In this document: piece after piece, positions 58,139-64,000 of the stretch
How positions within the stretch are numbered: position 1 is the stretch's first letter
How the letters are laid out: each line of letters begins with the position of its first letter
Source of the DNA: Acidobacteriota bacterium
GTDB taxonomy: Bacteria; Acidobacteriota; UBA6911; RPQK01; JAJDTT01
NCBI GenBank assembly: GCA_965263035.1
Contig: OZ253580.1
Location: forward strand, 2,528,001-2,592,000
Direction of reading: 5' to 3'
Length of the DNA stretch: 64,000 nt
Notes under the pieces: model-generated
Database searches by the model: none
The model's input: only the letters and a program-made list of their open reading frames with translations
What the model was told of the DNA's origin: nothing
Program-made: the position numbers and the translations under genes

Positions 58139-58618
58139 CTAGACCTCCTGTCTCTGCTTCCGGATCTTTTCCTGCAGCATCATCAAGCCCTGCAGCACGG
58201 TCTCCGGCCGGGGAGGACACCCGGGGATATAGACGTCCACCGGAATCACGTGATCGATTCCGCGGACCGTCGCGTAGTTGTCGTAGAAACCACCCGTGCA
58301 GGTGCAGACTCCAAAGGCGACCACCCACTTGGGGGCGCACATCTGCTGGTAGACGTTGACCAGAACCGGGGCGATCTTCTGGCTGATGGTCCCGACGACG
58401 AAAAGGACGTCGGCTTGCCGCGGGGAGAAACGGGGGAGACCGGCGCCGAAGCGGTCCACGTCGTAGTGGGCGCAGGCGGTGGCCATATACTCCATGCCGC
58501 AACAGGCGGTCACGAAGGGATATTGAAAAATCGAGTACTTCCTCGCCCACCCCACCACCTGGTCGAGGCGGCTGGTGAAGAAACCCAACTCGGGGCTGCC
58601 CTTGAAATCTACTTCCAA
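58139..58618 (-). CDS. nuoB: NADH-quinone oxidoreductase subunit B
   Basis: TACCGME, SPRQAD, PVDVYIPGCPPRPE. Confidence 0.95.
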   Translation of the reverse strand: MEVDFKGSPELGFFTSRLDQVVGWARKYSIFQYPFVTACCGMEYMATACAHYDVDRFGAGLPRFSPRQADVLFVVGTISQKIAPVLVNVYQQMCAPKWVVAFGVCTCTGGFYDNYATVRGIDHVIPVDVYIPGCPPRPETVLQGLMMLQEKIRKQRQEV

Positions 58619-58971
58619 TCCAGTGCTCCTCTCTTGACCGAGTAGTAAAGCCCGGAAAGCACGACCAGCAGAAAGATCAGCATCTCGAAGAACCCGAACC
58701 AACCGAGCTCCCGGTAAACAACGGCCCACGGGAACAGAAAGATCAGCTCCACGTCAAAGAGGACGAAAAGCAGTGCCGCCAGGAAGAATTTTACAGAAAT
58801 CCGACCCCGGCGAATCTCCGAAGGTTCATTGCCGCACTCGAACGGCATCTCATGGATCGCGCCTCCGCCCTTCGGTCCCAACCACTGGGTGATCAGAACC
58901 ATTCCACCGGCCGTGGCGCCGGCAAACACGAGAAGGAGTAGAAAGCCGAGGTAGCCTTCCGTGCCAGTCAT
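58609..58971 (-). CDS. nuoA: NADH-quinone oxidoreductase subunit A
   Basis: PFECG, FVLFDVE, FLFPWA, GALDW. Confidence 0.95.
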   Translation of the reverse strand: MTGTEGYLGFLLLLVFAGATAGGMVLITQWLGPKGGGAIHEMPFECGNEPSEIRRGRISVKFFLAALLFVLFDVELIFLFPWAVVYRELGWFGFFEMLIFLLVVLSGLYYSVKRGALDWK

Positions 58972-59258
58972 GAGTCACCCGATCCGGATCCGATCCCGTC
59001 CGCTGAGCCGCCACAGTATACGTTGAGAAGCCGGAAAAGAGAAAAGAGAAAAACGAGGAAAGAGAAAAGAGCAAAGAGAGGTGTTGGTTTGGAAGAGAAC
59101 GCAAGGTGGTCCCGCTTTGGATGCCATCTCCCGGTCTGCACCCCGCTGTGCGTAAACTCCTCGCCTGCCTTCACTCTTTTTTCATTTCCTATTTTCTCTT
59201 TCCTCGGAAGCCGGAACGCCTTGGCGGGATTTGCCGGAGGCTGTTAAGGTTATGCGCC

Positions 59259-60176
59259 ATGGTGGCGGGAAAGGGAAAGCGGCGGCGCCATCCACCCTGG
59301 ATCAAGGTCCGGGCTCCGTTCGGCGAAGGCGTCCATGAACTGAAAGGGCTCCTGGGTGGCCTCGGCCTCAATACCGTCTGCCAGGAGGCCAGGTGCCCCA
59401 ATCTGGGTGAATGTTGGGCCCATGGGGTGGCCACTTTCATGATCCTGGGGCGAGTCTGCACTCGAGGCTGCCGCTACTGCGCCGTCAGCAAGGGGCGCCC
59501 TCCGGTGTTGGACCGGGAGGAGCCCCGGCGGGTGGCCGAGGCCGTGCGGCAGATGGGCCTGAAACACGTCGTGGTCACCTCCGTGGACCGGGACGACCTG
59601 GCGGACGGCGGCGCTTTCATCTTCGCCGAGACGATCCAGGCCATTCGAGAGCTGCACCGCGGGTGTGTGGTCGAGGTCCTGATCCCCGATTTCCAGGGGG
59701 ATGAGGCGGCGCTGAGGACGGTTCTGGATGCTGGTCCCGACATCCTCAACCACAACATCGAGACGGTGCCCCGGCTCTTTCCTGCCGCCCGGGGCGGCGG
59801 CGACTATCGACGATCGTTGGATCTCTTGAGCAACTCTCGCCGGATCTCGCCGGACACGGCGACCAAGACCGGCATGATGCTGGGGTTGGGAGAGCGCGAA
59901 GCCGAGGTATTGCAGGTCATGGAGGACCTGGTGGAACGGCAGGTCAACATCTTGACGCTGGGACAATATCTGAGACCCACGTCCTGGCATCTGCCGGTGG
60001 ATCGATACTACCACCCGGACGAGTTCCGCCGTTGGGGGGAGACGGGAATGCGTCTGGGGTTCGACCATGTGGAGAGCGGCCCCCTGGTCCGGTCCAGCTA
60101 TCTGGCCGACCGCCAGTTCGCCCAGCTCAGGACGAACACCGGGAAAGCTCAACAGCGTACAATTAAGCGGACGTAA
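59259..60176 (+). CDS. lipA: lipoyl synthase LipA
   Basis: CQEARCPNLGEC, CTRGCRYC, RSSY. Confidence 0.96.
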   Translation: MVAGKGKRRRHPPWIKVRAPFGEGVHELKGLLGGLGLNTVCQEARCPNLGECWAHGVATFMILGRVCTRGCRYCAVSKGRPPVLDREEPRRVAEAVRQMGLKHVVVTSVDRDDLADGGAFIFAETIQAIRELHRGCVVEVLIPDFQGDEAALRTVLDAGPDILNHNIETVPRLFPAARGGGDYRRSLDLLSNSRRISPDTATKTGMMLGLGEREAEVLQVMEDLVERQVNILTLGQYLRPTSWHLPVDRYYHPDEFRRWGETGMRLGFDHVESGPLVRSSYLADRQFAQLRTNTGKAQQRTIKRT

Positions 60177-60203
60177 GAATCAGTCGGAAAGGAGTCAGGC
60201 AAA

Positions 60204-60761
60204 ATGCCCAGGTATTTGCCGGTACAGCCGGATGCGGCAAATGACAAGGTTCGGAATCTCTACTCGGCGCTGGAGAGTGAACTGGGTTTCGTGCCCAACT
60301 TCATCAAGACTTCGGCCCACAGCGACAACTTCGTGGAGTCGGTGGCAACCTTGTACGGCACGGTCATGGGTGAGACGGGTCTGAGTGAGAAGATCCGATC
60401 GCTGGTCATCCTCAGGACCTGCCAGGTCGACAAGTGCGCCTATACGGCGGCCCCCGCCCTGAAACGGGCTCGGGAGGCGGGTTGGACCGAAGAGCAGTTG
60501 GACGCCATCGACCAAGCTGCGGAAAGCAATCTGTTCGTCTACTACGAAAAGGAAGCCATCCGGCTGGCCGAACTGACCAGCCTGAGTCCGGACGACGTCC
60601 AGGAGGAGTTCTGGATGCAGTTGGACAACCACTACACCTCGGACCAGGTGGTGGAGATGATCACCCTGATCGGGTTCTTCAACATGATCAACCGCCTGGC
60701 TCTGGTGCTGGAAGTGGCGGCGGACCCGGAGCCCGCGGCCGCCGGCGCGGGCGCCTCCTGA
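60204..60761 (+). CDS. carboxymuconolactone decarboxylase/AhpD-like protein
   Basis: GFVPNF, KCAY, EMITLIGFFNMINR. Confidence 0.8.
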   Translation: MPRYLPVQPDAANDKVRNLYSALESELGFVPNFIKTSAHSDNFVESVATLYGTVMGETGLSEKIRSLVILRTCQVDKCAYTAAPALKRAREAGWTEEQLDAIDQAAESNLFVYYEKEAIRLAELTSLSPDDVQEEFWMQLDNHYTSDQVVEMITLIGFFNMINRLALVLEVAADPEPAAAGAGAS

Positions 60762-60775
60762 GCGAATCCGTTTCG

Positions 60776-61243
60776 ATGACTCCCGCGGGCAAACTCGACT
60801 CCGCGTCCGCCCCGACCGAAACCACCATCGGCGGCAGCAAGGCTCTGGTGATCCCCATGGAAGTGGAGTTTCACGACCTGGACGCCATGGGACACGTCAA
60901 CAACGTCCGCTATTTCACCTTCATGGAAACGGCTCGGGTGGCCTTCTTCCGCCACTTTCTGAACGCCCGGCGGATCCACGATCTGCAGATGATCGCGGTC
61001 GAAGCCTCCTGCCAGTTTTTCTCGCCCGCTTACTGGGGAGAGGTCCTTCTGGTCCAGGTCCGGATCCCCCGAGTCGGCAATACCAGCTTCGACTTCCAAT
61101 ACGAAATGACCGAGCGTCGATCGGGCCGCAAGATCGCCCAGGGCAGGACCGTTTGCGTGTCATGGGATTACGTTACCGAGTCCAAGCTGCGGGTTCCCGA
61201 CCGGGTCCGGGCACTCTGCTCCGGAGACGGCCTCGGAGGCTGA
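60776..61243 (+). CDS. acyl-CoA thioesterase (hotdog fold, 4HBT-like)
   Basis: DLDAMGHVNNVRYFTFMETAR. Confidence 0.9.
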   Translation: MTPAGKLDSASAPTETTIGGSKALVIPMEVEFHDLDAMGHVNNVRYFTFMETARVAFFRHFLNARRIHDLQMIAVEASCQFFSPAYWGEVLLVQVRIPRVGNTSFDFQYEMTERRSGRKIAQGRTVCVSWDYVTESKLRVPDRVRALCSGDGLGG

Positions 61244-61253
61244 CTTGTCCACC

Positions 61254-61451
61254 ATGGAATGGGAGCACAAGGGAATGCGCTTCGCCGTCTCGACCCAGGA
61301 GCTGGGCCCGCTGGTTCTGGCGTCGGCCCGGGTCGACGCCACGGGCCCCTACATCCGAATACGCCCTTTCTCCGCCATGGGCACCGACCGGGACGAAGCC
61401 ATCGAATTCCTGAAGAAGCAGATCCGGCTGGAGTTCCGGCGGCTGCCTTGA
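61254..61451 (+). CDS. small hypothetical protein
   Basis: Follows the thioesterase in an apparent operon; high-GC3 codon usage. Confidence 0.55.
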   Translation: MEWEHKGMRFAVSTQELGPLVLASARVDATGPYIRIRPFSAMGTDRDEAIEFLKKQIRLEFRRLP

Positions 61452-61508
61452 GGGGAGGGGGGGGAGGGGGGAGTGTTGGCCGTTCAGTTGGTGGTGGATT
61501 GGGTCTCT

Positions 61509-61598
61509 GGAGTTCGGCGGCAAGAAAGCCGCCGGTCCCAATCGGCGACAAGAAAGTCGCCGCTCCCATTCGGCGACAAGAAAGTCGCCGCTCCTTAC
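61509..61598. repeat. REP-like tandem array (three 28-bp units)
   Basis: GGCG(G/A)CAAGAAAG(C/T)CGCCG units abutting the VWA gene stop. Confidence 0.85.
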
Positions 61599-62488
61599 AC
61601 CGCGGGCGCGTAATAACCGTTGCGGTGCCTGATGTTCAGCCCCTTGTCCCGGAACAGTTTGACCTCGATCTCCCTGAACTTGCCGTCACGGGTACGGTTT
61701 CTGGGAACGTACGTCAGGCTATATTGGGACCTGAGCTCTTCGTTGACGAGATCGAAGGTCTGCTGCAGTCCGTCGGCGGTGTAGGGAAAGAAAGCTCGTC
61801 CGCCCGTCTCGCGGGAGAGATTCCTCAGGATCTTCTCCCCTTTCTTCTGCTGATCGGCTCCGAAGCGGCTGGTGCCGATGCTGTAGACGGTCACCCCGGA
61901 GACGTGGATACCCCGCAGGACGTCCTCCATCGTGTGCTGGCTGTCCTGGTCGACCCCGTCGGAGATGACCACGATGGCCTGGCGGGTGTCGGGATCGGTC
62001 ATCTTCTGGGAGGAGACACTCATCAACGCGTCGAACAGCTTGGTTCCGCCTCCCGCCTTCAGTTCGCGGATCGCCTTGGCGATGGATCTGGGATTGGACG
62101 TGAAGTCGTGCAGGAGGGAGACGCCCGAATCGAACTCCACCAGGAGCACTTGATCCTGGGGGCGGAGGATGGAATGGACGAATCGGGTAGCGGCCCGCTT
62201 TTCGAACTCCAGCTTCAAGCGGACGCTGGAGCTGGTGTCGATGAGCAGACCGATACGCAAGGGCAGGGCGGTCTCGTGTCTGAAATTGGTGATGAACTGG
62301 CGCCGTCCGTCCTCGTAGATCTGGAACCGGTCCTTCTGGAGATTGGTGACGAACCGGTTCTTTTGATCGGTGACCGAAACCAGGATGTTGACGGCTTCGA
62401 CCTCGACCCGAATCGGGGTCTGCTGAAAGGCGCACAACATCCAGAGGCCGATCCAGAGAAGGGCGCGGGCAGGATGCATCCAGACCAA
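61595..62488 (-). CDS. VWA domain protein (Acidobacteria-type)
   Basis: VSVTD, IDTSSS MIDAS motif, ISDGVD, ETGG, ELRSQY, GYYAP. Confidence 0.9.
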   Translation of the reverse strand: MVWMHPARALLWIGLWMLCAFQQTPIRVEVEAVNILVSVTDQKNRFVTNLQKDRFQIYEDGRRQFITNFRHETALPLRIGLLIDTSSSVRLKLEFEKRAATRFVHSILRPQDQVLLVEFDSGVSLLHDFTSNPRSIAKAIRELKAGGGTKLFDALMSVSSQKMTDPDTRQAIVVISDGVDQDSQHTMEDVLRGIHVSGVTVYSIGTSRFGADQQKKGEKILRNLSRETGGRAFFPYTADGLQQTFDLVNEELRSQYSLTYVPRNRTRDGKFREIEVKLFRDKGLNIRHRNGYYAPAV

Positions 62489-62538
62489 TCTACAACAATT
62501 TACATTTGGCCGACAATTTTGTGAGAATACCGCCTACC

Positions 62539-63123
62539 ATGGGTTCCAGAGACGATCAGCTTCGCCTTCTCGACCGCATCGCCCGTCGGATCGTGGACGA
62601 ATGGTACGAGCGTGCCAAGCGGAGCTACGTCACCGAGGAAGACAGCCGGGACGTGGGTGTCGAACCCGAAGTCAAGAGATTCCATCGCCGCGGCAACCAT
62701 CGCATCAAGTTCTCCCGGCGGCGGGAACTGGAGGTCACCTACGGCCTGGGCGCGCTGAGGAAGGACACGCGGCTCTGCGTGGAGGCCAGCGTCAACAACA
62801 AGTCCGCCGGTTTCGACTACGATCTCTTCACGGGGCGGCTTCAGGACTACTACTGGGAATGCCGGCATGAGAAGCCATGGACCGACCCCGAGTTCGATCA
62901 CTTCAGCTTCAGCGATCTGCTCCACTTCGATCCCAGGATGTCCCACTCGGTCTCGCTGGACATCCGCAAGGACAAGGCCGACATCATTCGCCTGACCTTC
63001 GTCCTCGATTCACGCCCTGAGGATCGCCTCATGGGCCGTGTAGAACTCCTGAAGGACCTGTTGGAAACCTACTGTCTCGCCCCCTTGAGACGCATCTACG
63101 CCGAGTCTTACCGAGAGCGGTAG
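62539..63123 (+). CDS. hypothetical protein
   Basis: Globular-looking ORF with coding-like codon usage; no family recognised. Confidence 0.65.
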   Translation: MGSRDDQLRLLDRIARRIVDEWYERAKRSYVTEEDSRDVGVEPEVKRFHRRGNHRIKFSRRRELEVTYGLGALRKDTRLCVEASVNNKSAGFDYDLFTGRLQDYYWECRHEKPWTDPEFDHFSFSDLLHFDPRMSHSVSLDIRKDKADIIRLTFVLDSRPEDRLMGRVELLKDLLETYCLAPLRRIYAESYRER

Positions 63124-63144
63124 AAGCGGCTGAAAGAGCCCCGT

Positions 63145-63441
63145 ATGGACCAGTCCAAAATCGAACAGCAACGCCGGATTCAAGAGTTTCTGAACCGCGA
63201 CTACAGCTGGCGCCTGTCAGCGGGAGAATGCAACTTCCTGATTCAGCTCATCGCCTTTCTGGTGCAGGCGAATCCCCCGTTCGTCGTGAACGATGAAGGG
63301 GAGAAGGAACCGTTGAACTACCAGAGCATCCGATCCATGGTTCTGCTCAACGAGAAGCTCAGGGCCCAGTTGCAGGATTTCGCCTCCCGGGAATCGATCC
63401 TCATGGACGACATGGACCCGGTGACGGATCGGGTCCAGTAA
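63145..63441 (+). CDS. hypothetical protein
   Basis: 98-aa ORF following the previous gene. Confidence 0.6.
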   Translation: MDQSKIEQQRRIQEFLNRDYSWRLSAGECNFLIQLIAFLVQANPPFVVNDEGEKEPLNYQSIRSMVLLNEKLRAQLQDFASRESILMDDMDPVTDRVQ

Positions 63442-63483
63442 CCGGCGCGGAATCCAGGGCCGGCGGCTTCCATCGGTCCCCGG

Positions 63484-64000
63484 TCACGGCTTCTTGCTGG
63501 TGGCCGCCAGTTCCGTCTCGACCCGAGGCAGGTTCTCCGCCGAACGCCCCCTCAGCGCCTGGAAGCGAACCACTTCCCCGACCACCAGAAGAGCGGGCGA
63601 GCGGATGTCCGCCTTCCGAGTCCGGCCGAAGATGTTCCTCAGGGTCCCGGTCGCTTCCTGTTGATTTTCCAGGGTGCCCGATCCGATGACTGCGGCCGGC
63701 GTGTCGAGCGGCCTTCCATGGACCACCAGTCGGGAGATGATCTGCTTGAGGTTTCCCAAGGGCATGAGGAAGACGACGGTGTCGGCCCGGCCGGCCAGTT
63801 CCCAGGATGGATTCCGGCCGGTACCTGAGGCGCGATGCCCGCTCAGGACCAGGACGGACGAGGAGAGCTCCCGGTGGGTCAGGGGAATCCCGGAAGCGGT
63901 GGGAACCCCGAAAGCGGCGCTGACCCCAGGGACGATCTCGAAGGGGACCTGGTGAGCCGACAAGTACTCCATCTCCTCCCCGCCCCGGCCGAAGATGAGG
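63484..64000 (-). CDS. cobA: uroporphyrinogen-III C-methyltransferase (5' end outside the window)
   Basis: LIFGRGGEE, EIVPGVSA, GIPLTHR, TPAAVI, SPALLVVGEVV. Confidence 0.9.
   Translation of the reverse strand, partial: LIFGRGGEEMEYLSAHQVPFEIVPGVSAAFGVPTASGIPLTHRELSSSVLVLSGHRASGTGRNPSWELAGRADTVVFLMPLGNLKQIISRLVVHGRPLDTPAAVIGSGTLENQQEATGTLRNIFGRTRKADIRSPALLVVGEVVRFQALRGRSAENLPRVETELAATSKKP

Overview
High-GC bacterial chromosomal window, most likely Acidobacteriota (Acidobacteria-type VWA protein, fused LptF-LptG, DUF1501 and PSD1/DUF1549-DUF1553 pairs); the taxonomy is inferred. From left to right it holds a membrane sulfatase-like gene, a MITE-interrupted small YLDPGSGS-motif gene, a protein built from three repeated domains and a DUF6807/PmoA-like gene. 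Next come an ECF sigma/anti-sigma pair heading a type II secretion operon (gspEFGHIJKLM, C-like, D), an M23 peptidase, a 1940-aa S8 protease and two divergent PSD1-cytochrome c/DUF1501 modules with hydrolase neighbours. The right part holds a complete class IIC group II intron, a methyltransferase, fused lptFG, lipB, nuoA-I, lipA, several small genes and a partial cobA. About 40 short REP-like hairpins with covarying stems lie at stop codons and in frame inside genes, and two 159-bp MITE families are present. The best lead is the intron: it sits inside a REP hairpin, and its putative EBS1 loop (GAGC) is complementary to the REP tail (GCTC), suggesting a REP-targeting group IIC intron.
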